NCBI RefSeq assembly: GCF_000143415.4
Contig: NW_003314309.1
Location: 766,936 to 830,935, forward strand
From: Selaginella moellendorffii
Taxonomy: Eukaryota > Plantae > Lycopodiophyta
DNA: 64,000 nucleotides
Direction of reading: 5' to 3'
Part shown: in pieces, positions 12,351 through 22,910 of the stretch
How positions within the stretch are numbered: the stretch's first letter is position 1
How the letters are laid out: each line of letters begins with the position of its first letter
Program-made: the position numbers and the translations under genes
The notes under the pieces: generated by a model
What the model was told of the DNA's origin: nothing
The model's input: the letters and a program-made list of their open reading frames with translations, nothing else
Database searches by the model: none

Positions 12351-13035
12351 AATTTGTTGTAGTAATGCTTAGTTTGGATAATTATTCCTACTTATCAATC
12401 CAATTGATCAAATAAAGTTTATAATTATAAGCATGTTTGTAATTTATAGATGCAAGATTAATCTTATTGCATATCAACCCTTAGATGGTAGAATAAAATA
12501 GAATATATTAAAAAGTGTTTAATTTTTTGGTTTGCTTAAGCAAACCTATAGGGGGACTGGGATGGTATTGAATATACCTAGAATATATTTGGATATTCTA
12601 GGATATTCTACCATCTAACGGTTGTTATTCATTTAGATTAATTTTGTATTTATAATTTATAAACATGTTTATAATTTATAAACTTTCTTAAACCTTTTCT
12701 AGTATATTCTTTTTAATTCTACCATCTAATGGTTGATATGCAATAAAATTAATCTTGTATATATGAATTACAAACATGCTTATAATTATAAACTTTATTT
12801 GATCAATTGGATTAATAAGTAATAATAACACTAGTATTAAGCAAACCAAGCGTTGCTACATGCAACGCGTAGCAATTTATTGTTTATTTTATAAATTATA
12901 AACATGTTTATAAATTATAAATATAAAATTAATTTAAATGAATAAAAACCATTAAATGGTAAAATATCCTAAAATATTCAAGTATATTTTAGATATATTC
13001 ATTCATCTCAGTCCCCCCTTAAGCAAACCAAAAAT
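12351..13035 (-). mobile_element. Older antisense copy of the same element, split by the inner copy (12351-12520 + 12884-13035)
   Basis: 12401-12515 is the reverse complement of 12694-12819; 12525-12685 is the reverse complement of 12888-13035. Confidence 0.65.
12523..12880 (+). mobile_element. Non-autonomous DINE-1/Helentron-like element (inner copy)
   Basis: 13-bp subterminal IRs ttggtttgcttaa (12527-12539) / ttaagcaaaccaa (12837-12849); 5' palindrome ggtttgcttaagcaaacc; 3' GC stem-loop 12850-12875; T-rich flanks. Confidence 0.6.
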
Positions 13036-13133
13036 ATTGTGTTTGTTAGAATGTTCATTTATCTTTAGAGAATATTCTATTAGTTTCGATCATTTAAACC
13101 CTTACGCGTTTAAACCCTTTAGGGCTTTTTGGG

Positions 13134-14181
13134 ATGGGCATTCACAAGCTCTATGGCGTCAAGATCGCGACGGCCTACTCCTGCCCTGCTCGGCCGACAC
13201 CTCGATCGGATCACGGCAGCGGCGGCGGCAGCTCGTATGTGTTCTTAATCTCTTCCCGATTGCGATCTCCTCGAAATCTGGCGCTTCCCGTCTTGCATTT
13301 TCACGGTTTGTCGTGATTCGCTAGCAGACTGCTGGGATCCGGTGATTTGGAGGCGACGCAGCAGCAGGAGGAGTGGTGCTTGAGGTCTCTATGGGAGCGC
13401 CGGCCAAATTTCTTGCGAGCGTTCCATTCTTCACACAGAGGTATTATAAACTAAGTTTTGGATCATAGCTTGAGAGAAAAACTCCCAGCAGGTGATAGAA
13501 ACCTCGTGGAAACTGTTATAAACGTTGCTACTTCGTTGCCGTTTGTTTTGATTGGGATCCAAATGCCAAGGTATGAGCAGCATTGTAATTCTTCCTTCCA
13601 GATTGTTCTTTTCTTCTTCCCCTTTACAGGCAAAAGCCGCTCACTAGACTATATGCTGATTCTTTGATCGGTGTCGGCCTCGCGTCAACTTTGTTTCACG
13701 CATCGCGTGGAGAGGCTCGAAAGTATTTTCGATGGGGAGACTATACCATGATCGCTACTTCAACTCTGGTACCAACAATCTTACAATGTTTTCGATCTCT
13801 TTAAAACGTTTTCCTATAGTGCCTGTCAAGAGCTCTACAAACGGACAGCTCCAAAGCTTTGTACTGCGCTTCAGCGATGCTACTTCCCTTTCAGCCGTTC
13901 GTCGTCGCGGCCTGTCACACCGGACTTATGGAGGTGTGTGGACGGACTTAGTTTTCCCTCATGGTTTTGTTTTGCTTTGTTTCCAGGCTGCTTTTGTTCG
14001 CCGAGCTCTCAAACAGCCTAGCCTACAGAAAGCTTACACCTTACACACCATTTCCACGGTTGTGGGAGGAACGTTATTTATTGCCGACGATATGTATCCA
14101 GACACGCCCTTTTTGCATGCTGCTTGGCACATTGCCGCGGCAGTGGGCGTGACAACATGCAACAAGCTCCTGAATTCTTAA
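13134..14181 (+). CDS. CREST-superfamily (ceramidase/PAQR-like) membrane hydrolase, multi-exon
   Basis: Spliced product contains GDRNLVETVINVATSLPF, GLASTLFHASRG (SxxxH), WGDYTMIA and FLHAAWH (HxxWH); several TM segments. Confidence 0.75.
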
Positions 14182-14297
14182 GTATTTTATTGGTAAGCTT
14201 GCTGGTCTTATTTGAGATAGAGTATACGAAGAGTAATCGCATCGCGAAGCAAGGACTCTACACAGTTGTGAAGGCAGCATCAATATCTCCTGGAACT

Positions 14298-17248
14298 TCA
14301 AATGGAGGTACTGTTTGGTATCCCTCTACCTGTTAATCCCGGGCCGGAGCTTGGAAACAGGAGGGTGTATGGAATTTGCACTGGTCCTGTCCGGTTCTTG
14401 AGTTTCGTGTCCTTGTTCCTTGTCTGGATGAGTTCTTCTACTGCCTTGAGTTTCTCAGAAAACTTGGTGAATGCACTCTGAGCTGCTTGGTTGTTGGTCC
14501 AGTTCTGGATTATTCTTTGTCCCAGGTACTCCTCGTCTGCTGAATGAGTTGCCAGAATTTCTATCGTTGTCATAACTGACGTTGCTTCTGCCTTTGTGGA
14601 CACTGCAGATAAGAAGAAGTTTTCCGGATCCTTAAGAAGCTGCTTGTGTTCCTCAGAGCCTTCTCGTGGGATTTCCCTGTGCGTGGCTGTTGGGTGATTG
14701 GGCATGTAACCAGCGTAGGCGTACTGTCCAAAGTTTACGGCAGCATGGTGTGCAGATGCCAACCAGATCACAGTTGTGAGCACGCTTACCAGGTTCGGCT
14801 TGCTATTCATTTCCACCCACCATGTCTCGTCTTTCTTGTCACCGTGACCAACGTTAACAATTTCCGTCCACCATGCCTGTAGTTCCTTGTCACTCTCTAT
14901 GTCTGCGTCATCTTCGTAGCAGCTATCTACATATTCCTGTGTCCACCTCTCAATTGCATCCCAAATCTCCAAACCGTCTGCTGCATATGGATAGTCGTTG
15001 ATAGCCAGTTTGAGGCCATGCTTTGAGTTTGCATCTGGAGTTGCCATTCCCCTGGAAAATGTTCGAACTTTTAGATTGTTTTACATCCCTTGCGATGCCT
15101 ACCTTTTCAGTAAATCTGCAGGAAGTCCTTGGTCGTCGAACCTCCATGTCCTATAGACAACGGAGCTCAACTCCATTGAGTACCTCCTTGTTGAGAAGCA
15201 TTTCTCTATTATACCATCAGCATTTATCAGTGACTGCCTGGCTCGAGCGTTGATTGACATTGTGTTCTTGAAGTGTGGAACCAGGAACGGATTCAAGGGA
15301 TGAAGCGCACTCAGGTTTCGATGTGTCGCAATGATAAAAGGTTCCAGGCAGGCATGAGTTCTTAAACTGCAGAGGAAAAACATGTCAGGTATGAGAGACG
15401 GCATTGTTGACAGCTTACAAGTGACTTATGAGCTGGTGATATCCTGAATCATTTGTAGTTACGTGTGCTTTTGCGAGATGCCATAACCAATCCTCTGTTC
15501 CTGGTGCAGGTGGAAGAAACACCCTTTTGTTTTCTGACTTGGAGGAAGAATCCGGTGGCAAGCTCAACTCGATGGCAATAGGCTTTAGAGTTCCATCCGC
15601 TTTGAGGTACAGTAGAGTTCTGGATGCGTAAGCGTGGATTTCCTTGATGCTGTTGATTTTGGTCAAGTAAGGCAAGTATGCATCATGGTAGTCTAAGATG
15701 AATAGCTTCTTGTTCTCAAGTGCCTGCTCATATGAGTCAGTAAAAATCGTCACCAAGTTCCATTTTTCTTACTTGCTGGACTGTGTTTCCTTCAAGCTGA
15801 GAGACAATATGTTCTTCTGTAATGGCTGACTTTTGTGTTCCGTATACTGCTGGGTCCAGCGTGCTTTCTGGTGGAAAAACCTGCATACAGCGGGTCATTT
15901 TTCTTACCAGCATTTTGAAACTAGATTACCTCTAGTAGCTGAATCGCCATGGGGTTTAGTCCGCTGATCATCTGCCTTGCGAATTCGGCGTCGGACATCC
16001 ATCCTTTCTCGTTGGCTGTAGAAATCAGTTTTCGCATCAGAAAAATCGCAGAGGTGAACTTACTAATTACCTTTGATAACCGTAGGTATTGGATACATCA
16101 GCAAGCTTCCACTGTCTCCAGTCGACAGGCTTTGGACAACCTCAGCTGGATCAAGAATGTCGTCGTCTCGTTTGCACTTGCTCATATCAACTCCTTCCAC
16201 GTACAGATTTTGCACTTCACCAAAGCTATCAAACGTTTCATCTGCTGTGAATGTGCTTTCCAGGTTTGGGATCAGGCTCTGTGCCGCGGCTTTTATGGCG
16301 GCCGTTAGGAAGTTGGACTCCTTAGTTGTGCCAAATCGTTCATCACTCGGTATGTAGTAATTCCCTGCTGCCTGGCTCTCGGTAGCTTTATCTGGAAAGC
16401 AGTGCTTAGCACAGCTATTAATATTACTAGTGTAAAGCACTCACCTGTTTCCTCTGGATCTCGTCCAGTTCGACACCGTCGTGGATACGGAAATTCTGCA
16501 GAACCCCCGAGTGTAGGCCGCTGGAGGGACTTGTCAGTATCCGGTTTCCCAAGATCATTGTAAGTGGCGTAGTCATATATTCGTTCCCAGACTTTTCTTT
16601 CACCTGTTCCATTGCCTCTCAGGTTCAAAAGCTCCTGATTCCGAGCGTCAACAAGGCCGGCCGGTGTGTCCTTGGGAAGAGTCAGCTACGCGCACAAATG
16701 AAGATGGAACATTAGTACCCTGTGACGGCGGACGAAAGAATGAAACTTACGTGGTTACTGAAGAAGATGCGGTCGTTTGGATACCGGGACACATTGTACA
16801 CCCAGGAATTGCAGGGGAATTCTATAACTTGTTGCTGAGGCAGCTCGAGTGTTAGAGATTTGAGGTAGAACTCGTTCGGGTGCTTGTTTCTGATGGTGAA
16901 GGCACCGGGAACTCCAAAGTCGTCGCCGATCTCGAACTTAACATTCAACTCGACATCTTCAGTTGCCCGCAATCCTCCAGACACCAGCCAGCCGCCAGCA
17001 GCAGCTCGTTTGGACAGTGTTAATTTCTTGGTTCCTGAATGAAGGCACGCTTGAATTGTGCTTGCTGAGCAGATGAGACACTACAGACCTGGATTGATCT
17101 CGGTGCTGATGAGCTGCAGCGAGATGTTCTGGCCGAACAAGTCTGAAGCGACATCCACCAGGTGAGCTCCTATGTCCGTTAAGCTGAGGAAGTTCTTCCT
17201 GTGTACAACGAGCGTGCCATCGAAACTTACTGTTTTTACCGTCGCCAT
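14298..17248 (-). CDS. LOX: Lipoxygenase, multi-exon
   Basis: PLAT domain ([26 protein letters not shown]); [46 protein letters not shown]; C-terminal GIPNSTSI*. Confidence 0.96.
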
Positions 17249-17655
17249 TGCAGATGATCCCTCGAGAGCTTGCACGAGGTCGCTTTTAAAGTTCTTACGG
17301 AGGCGGCAGAGAAGTCTCAATGAAAGTCTCAACACGGTAAAGCAATAGGACTCTTTCTGCGGTCCTTTAACTCAGTTTAGCGCTATGGACCACAAGAAAT
17401 CACTCGTTTTGCCATGGTTGTTACATGTTTGTTGTATCTTCCGTAAGGACTTTCATCACTGGCGACTAGCAGAGAGCGGCACGTCGGTTCCACCTCCCAA
17501 TCCGAGAGGTAAGTCTATATACGCACTCTGAAAAACGCTGATTTTCTATTTTCTTGAGCAGCACACGAAGCACAATCCCTCGCCGGGTTTCAAAGTTGGT
17601 GTTTCGTGGAAATTCAGCCAGAGATATCCTTCAAATCTTCAATGCTAGGAGGAAA

Positions 17656-19293
17656 ATGGAGAAAGTGGACCTGACTCTCGGAGAGGGACGGACGATCAGG
17701 AAGTGTTTGTGGCTCTCATACAAGATGAGAAAGCGCGGAGGGGGAGTTAAATTCCTTGGTCAGCAAATGCCAGTCTTGGACGCGGAAATGCCGTTCAATC
17801 CATTCGTCAACCGGCACGTCTCCATCAGTAGCAACTACGAGCTCACAAAGACGCTACTTTTGCTGCCACTCTTCGTCTTCCGGGTCTCCGTCTTTATCCT
17901 GCTGCTCGTCGTCGGCCTTGCCCTCACCAAGCTAGCTCTCCTCGGTGCTCGGGAAGTTCTCAATGCTCCACTGCCATTTTGGAGGCGCAAGCTTCTGTGG
18001 CCAGTCCGGTACCTTGCAAGATGCCTCCTCTTCTTCTGCGGTTACCACTGGATCGGCGTCAAAGGCAAGCCGGGCAGGAAAAGAGACGCTCCAGTTCTCG
18101 TCTGCAACCACGTAACTTTCGTGGATCCAGTCTACATCTTCTACAAGCACTTGCCGGTGATCGTCACGGCGGAGGAGAACCTCAACTATCCTTTCATGGG
18201 GACGATCATCAGTGCCATGCAGCCGATCACCATCCGGAGAGAGTCCCAGGAATCCAGAAACAAGGCCGGGGTTGAGATACGCAAGCGGGCAAAGTCTCCG
18301 GAGTGGAAGAACTCGCTTATGATCTTTCCGGAAGGGACGACCACCAACGGGAAAGCTATGGTGTCCTTCAAGAGTGGAGCGTTCTCTTCGAGCTCGCCCG
18401 TCCAGCCGATGGTGGTGAGATATCCCCACGTCCACTTGGACCCGTCCTGGGTGGCGGACGGGCCCTCGGCCTACGCGCTGCTCTTCCGGCTCATGACGCA
18501 GTTCCACAACTACATGGAGATCGAGTACCTCCCGGTGATGCGTCCCAGCAAGCAGGAGAACCCACGCAGCTTTGCCGAGCGCGTCCGGGCGGAGATGGCG
18601 CGAGCTCTCAACGTGGTGGTGACGGAGCACACCTTCGACGACGTGAGCATGGTGGACGCAGCTCGGGGTGCCTCCTCCAAGCTCGATCTTCTCGAGTTTG
18701 GGAGGTTCGAGAGGCTCTACAGGGTCACGCCCAAGGAGGCCAAGCGTTTCTTCCGGAAGTTCCGGGCCCTGGACGTCCAGAGGAACGGTGTGGCGAGCGA
18801 GGAAGATCTGGCGGACTATCTGGATCTCCCGAGCTGCGAGGCAGTGAGCAAAGTCTACGAGCTCTTCGACTCCAAAGGCTGTGGCTACTTCAGCTTTCGC
18901 CAGTACGCGGCGGGGCTGCTGTTCATCTCGAGGCACGAGAGGTTCAGGGAGGCAGCCGAGGCGGTGTTTGAGAGGCTGGACAGGGACGGAGATGGTTTGC
19001 TGAGCTCGAGCGATTTCTCTGCCGGACTGAGCGAACTGGTCCCGGGAACCAGCCGGGAACACGCGAAGGCGCTGTGGGATAGAATCAACGCCAAGCAAGG
19101 GAGATTCGTCCACCGGATCGAGTTGCTTACGTTTCTGGACAGGAATCCAGAGTACGTAGCAGTGTTTTTGTTTGGAGCTCCGAGGTTGCTGTCGAATGTG
19201 AAGGCCGAGACAACCATCCTGGAACCGAGCTCGACTGACCAAAAGAACTTTACTGGATTTACTACGGATGCTTCTCCAGGGCCATCAGTTTGA
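17656..19293 (+). CDS. Lysophospholipid acyltransferase with C-terminal EF-hands (LPEAT2/LPCAT-like), intronless
   Basis: NHVTFVD (HxxxxD), IFPEGTTTNG, FKSGAF; EF-hands DRDGDGLLSSSDF and DSKGCGYFSFRQY; start codon uncertain. Confidence 0.9.
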   Translation: MEKVDLTLGEGRTIRKCLWLSYKMRKRGGGVKFLGQQMPVLDAEMPFNPFVNRHVSISSNYELTKTLLLLPLFVFRVSVFILLLVVGLALTKLALLGAREVLNAPLPFWRRKLLWPVRYLARCLLFFCGYHWIGVKGKPGRKRDAPVLVCNHVTFVDPVYIFYKHLPVIVTAEENLNYPFMGTIISAMQPITIRRESQESRNKAGVEIRKRAKSPEWKNSLMIFPEGTTTNGKAMVSFKSGAFSSSSPVQPMVVRYPHVHLDPSWVADGPSAYALLFRLMTQFHNYMEIEYLPVMRPSKQENPRSFAERVRAEMARALNVVVTEHTFDDVSMVDAARGASSKLDLLEFGRFERLYRVTPKEAKRFFRKFRALDVQRNGVASEEDLADYLDLPSCEAVSKVYELFDSKGCGYFSFRQYAAGLLFISRHERFREAAEAVFERLDRDGDGLLSSSDFSAGLSELVPGTSREHAKALWDRINAKQGRFVHRIELLTFLDRNPEYVAVFLFGAPRLLSNVKAETTILEPSSTDQKNFTGFTTDASPGPSV

Positions 19294-19530
19294 AGAACTT
19301 GGTTATCAGAGAAGAAACTCTGAGAGCTGGGATTAGAAAATCGTGTCATCACTGGCCCCAAAGATCTATGCTCTATCCAAAGGATGAAAGAAGAAACCAT
19401 CAGTGCTTTGCCTCTATCAAAGAATGATCTCTGACCGCTGAGTTTGTAAGAAGCAAAATCCATCACTATGCCCGAGACCCTAGCCGCCACAGTAAATATC
19501 CTAGACCTAAACGAATATCCTTATTATAAG

Positions 19531-19690
19531 AGAATATCCTTTCCTTTATCCCACTAACACGCATTGAGATAAAGGGCAGGATATTCTCTTAGAATAACGA
19601 TAAACGAATATTCAAGTACATTTATTTCTATTCATGAAAAAGTTACAAGCCAAGAGAATATCCTTTTCTTTATCCCACTAACACGCATTT
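19531..19690. repeat. Short local direct repeat (~35 bp) with a partial inverted copy
   Basis: agaatatcctttNctttatcccactaacacgcatt at ~19531 and ~19655. Confidence 0.6.
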
Positions 19691-19769
19691 TGCTAGCAAC
19701 TTACATTTATTTCTATTCATTCGAAAAACTATTATCATTGATAAAAAAGTTTAGAACAAACCCACATTT

Positions 19770-21033
19770 CTATGGATACACATAATAGGAGCTGTAAGAA
19801 TTCGAGGGGGTGTAAGGGGTGTAATAGGGGTACCACGGATCGAAAATCTCGGCATAGTAATTGAGGCTGGGATCGTAGTAATCGGCAGGCATCGAAAGCA
19901 TGGGATCGTCACCCACCTCTGGCAGTATAGCAAAGCAACGTAAGAGGAGTGAGATTCGGAGAAGAATGGAAAGCGATGGAAACATACCCGAGTAATCTCT
20001 AGGCCAAGATGGCAAACGATAGTGCTTGAGGTGTTCTCGCGGCCGCCACTTTGCATCCAGGCACTTGCATTTGAATCCCTCGTAGTAGGCGACGTAGTTG
20101 TGGACTAGACACCGGCATCGCCACGAGAATGGCAGCGGCCTCAGGCCCTTGAGCAGCGAAATCTCGGAATGGAAGATGATCTCGGCTACCATCTGCCAAG
20201 TGAACAAGAGAAGGGCTTAGAAAACGCGAGGGAGAAAAGCCCAGCAGGACGAAACCTGGGTGGCGGTTTCGTTGCGCTGCTCTTGAGCGATGAGATCCTG
20301 CTTGAGCCTGTATCCAAGGGTGAGAGGAACCGGCAAGGCGATCGCAAACGCACGGAAGAGAGGCCGGATGACACTGTCTCGCGGATGGCTGATGTTGTCA
20401 ATGCGATCGACGGCGAGAGCCAAGCCGTGGTAGAAGGTGGTGAGCTCGATGGAGCTATGGTGGATGTCGAGGTGCTGGTTTGGATTGGTGACGATCATCT
20501 GGACCTCACAGATGTAGTTTAGCTTGAAAGCGTAGTAGTTCCCTTTACCTTCCTCTTGCTGGCGCCGGATCACCTCGGGCTTCACCTCGGAGAGCCGCGA
20601 GATTCCCATGGAGACGGACTTGACATGGACGATCGGGAGCACTGGGCGCTCATGGAGATGGACTCCCAGGAGGACGAGGCAGAGAACAAGGCTAGCTGCG
20701 AGAAGGCTCCCTCCAACGATGGCTACCGCGTAGAACAATCTGGTGCGCGTGGTTGATGAGAATTTCTTGAATCTGCGAAACTCCATGAGGTTGAAGACGA
20801 GGAGGACCGGAAGATCGGGGCGGTCGCTGAGGCCCAGCCCATGGTAAGGATCATAGTAGTCGTCTTCGTCCCACAGATCTTGATCCGGGACGCCAGCATC
20901 GGCGCCGGCACTGCTGCTCGGTCCTAGATCTTGCCCCCGACTGGCGGCATCGGATCCGCCTACCTGTAAATTCTGCTCGATGTCGAACGCTACTGCTCTC
21001 TTGGCGCCGATCGTCGGCGCTTGATCGTCCATC
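19770..21033 (-). CDS. LEA_2/NDR1-HIN1-like membrane protein with Tyr-rich tail (introns ~20255-20193 and probably 19987-19919)
   Basis: TM helix followed by PIVHVKSV...VQMIVTNPNQHLDIHHSSIELTTFYHG (LEA_2-like); in-frame GT-AG junctions; 5' end uncertain. Confidence 0.6.
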
Positions 21034-21184
21034 ACTCCATCTCCCACTCGGCGCTTCCATGATCGAGCTCCCGAGAGACCTAACCCTTCGACCAAGAACC
21101 CTAAATCCCCAATCTAACGGCATGAATTCAAAGAGCTCCCGCCAATTCCGACGGCCTAGATAAGTTTCCATTCTCTAAAGCTAC

Positions 21185-22450
21185 TTAGACAAGGATGTCG
21201 AGCCTGGGCTCAAAGGATATCCCATCGATGAGCCCATCGATGAGCCGCTCGTCCGGTAACGTACAGTCCGGAACCCTACTCCACTGCCGCTCGGCTAGGT
21301 CGTACAGGAGCATCGGCATATCCCTCAGCCCGCCACCAATGTAGAGCAGCACCACATCGTTGGTCCCTACGCACATAAAATACGTACGATCTCCCAAAAA
21401 CTCCTGGCACAAAGATTCCGGCATCTTGTCCACCTCCACCCACTCCATCCTCTCCACGTTGAGCAGCCACACGCATATCGCGCTGGTAATATTCCCCTCC
21501 TGGAGCCCGCCCACCATCATGATCCTGCCCCGGGATTCCAGGATCGTGTTGCTCACCAGGGAATCCGGCGTGGGCGTCTGGATGAGGCTCCACGTGTCCT
21601 TGTACGTGTCGTAGGCGACAAGCCCGTCGGGGTCGCAGCACCACGAGTAGAGAACGCCGTTGCAAGTGATGGTACCGAGCAGCGGGTCCGCACCGCGCGG
21701 CATGCTGCTCGTCATCCGCCACGTGTCGAGCCCGGACTCGTAGACCTCGGTGGTGATGTCGTCCACTGAGATCTCGTGGTTCCCCGCCACCACGACTTTG
21801 TAGAGGCCGGTCCCCTTGTCCACCACCATGCCGACCGTCTCTAGATAGGTCGGGTTGTTGTTCATTGGCGGGAGCTTGCGCCAGGTGGCGGTGATGAGGT
21901 TGCACACCGCGAAGTTTTTCTGGCCGTCGGTGGAGGCGCAGAAGCAAATGAGGCCGCCGGCGGCGGCCACCGGGATGTAGCGCTCGTTCACCGGAAAACT
22001 GGGCAGTGGGATGTGGTGCCACGTGTTGGATATCGGGTTGAATGTGGAGCCGTCCTTGTAGTCATGGTTTGTGAACATGAAGAACCAGGGGCCCTGCGGC
22101 GAGATGGAGCTGTAAGATTCCAGGAATCCGTCGGAGCAAAGAAGGGATCTCCAGGCCCGGCATACGGTCCGGAATTTGAGGAGGCTCGGCAGGGGTAGCC
22201 GAAGCAAGACCCTCTCCAGGAGATGCTCTGGGAGTGTGCTCCACAGCAGGGAATCCATGGGTGTTTGATCCATTTGGTGGCGCCGCTGGTGCTGGGCGGT
22301 GCAGTAGGATCGCCGCCGCTGCCGGGTGCCATAGCTTCCCTGCCCAGGGTCTTCTTCTTCTTGATCCTCCTCCTCTTCCTCCTCTTCTTCCCCCTCGTCC
22401 TCCTCCTTTCCAGTGGCCATGGGTTTTTTCAGAGAGGCGCTTGCGCCCAT
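21185..22450 (-). CDS. F-box/kelch-repeat protein, intronless
   Basis: WSTLPEHLLERVLLRLP F-box; AAAGGLICF, VCNLITATWRKLPP, TEVYESGLDTW; C-terminal FEPRL. Confidence 0.92.
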   Translation of the reverse strand: MGASASLKKPMATGKEEDEGEEEEEEEEDQEEEDPGQGSYGTRQRRRSYCTAQHQRRHQMDQTPMDSLLWSTLPEHLLERVLLRLPLPSLLKFRTVCRAWRSLLCSDGFLESYSSISPQGPWFFMFTNHDYKDGSTFNPISNTWHHIPLPSFPVNERYIPVAAAGGLICFCASTDGQKNFAVCNLITATWRKLPPMNNNPTYLETVGMVVDKGTGLYKVVVAGNHEISVDDITTEVYESGLDTWRMTSSMPRGADPLLGTITCNGVLYSWCCDPDGLVAYDTYKDTWSLIQTPTPDSLVSNTILESRGRIMMVGGLQEGNITSAICVWLLNVERMEWVEVDKMPESLCQEFLGDRTYFMCVGTNDVVLLYIGGGLRDMPMLLYDLAERQWSRVPDCTLPDERLIDGLIDGISFEPRLDILV

Positions 22451-22648
22451 TCATCCCTTCATCAAAAGCGCGTCGATCGCCGTCACTTCCATCTCCATCT
22501 CTCCACTTTTTGATCCATCCGATCCAGTCGATCGCTCAATCGCGGCTGGGCTTCCAAATCCCCAAATTGCTCGATCGAGAGAGGAACGACCAGCTATGGC
22601 GGAATGAAGGGGTTTCTCTGTCCGTGGACTAGGGCTTTTTAACGAACT

Positions 22649-22658
22649 GACACGTGTC
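22649..22658. promoter_or_regulatory. ABRE/G-box palindrome in the divergent promoter between the F-box/kelch gene and KOBITO1
   Basis: gacacgtgtc; telo-box-like tttagggttt at ~22766; motif match only. Confidence 0.35.
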
Positions 22659-22910
22659 CGAGTGAAACCAACGATATGCCACGTTAGCGTCGATATCTTT
22701 TATTTGCTGCTTTTCTATTTGTACAATATTCTTTTCCTATTTCATGCTCTACACGCCTTCGAAAATTTAGGGTTTATGGGTCGGGTGGGATCCTCGGCGC
22801 TGTCGCTGTCGTGTTCTTGGCAAAGATTTTAGGTCGAGGAGAGCGGATGTCCCGGTGGATCTAGGTCTGGATGATCCGCGGCTGAGGAGGCGCGGGGCGA
22901 GAAGCAAGGT

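Noticed and set aside
17932-19242. 436-aa antisense ORF, and similar ones over TIR1, PPR, KOB1 (23253-24104) and the RING gene
   Set aside because: Shadow ORFs of GC-rich codon usage; no motifs
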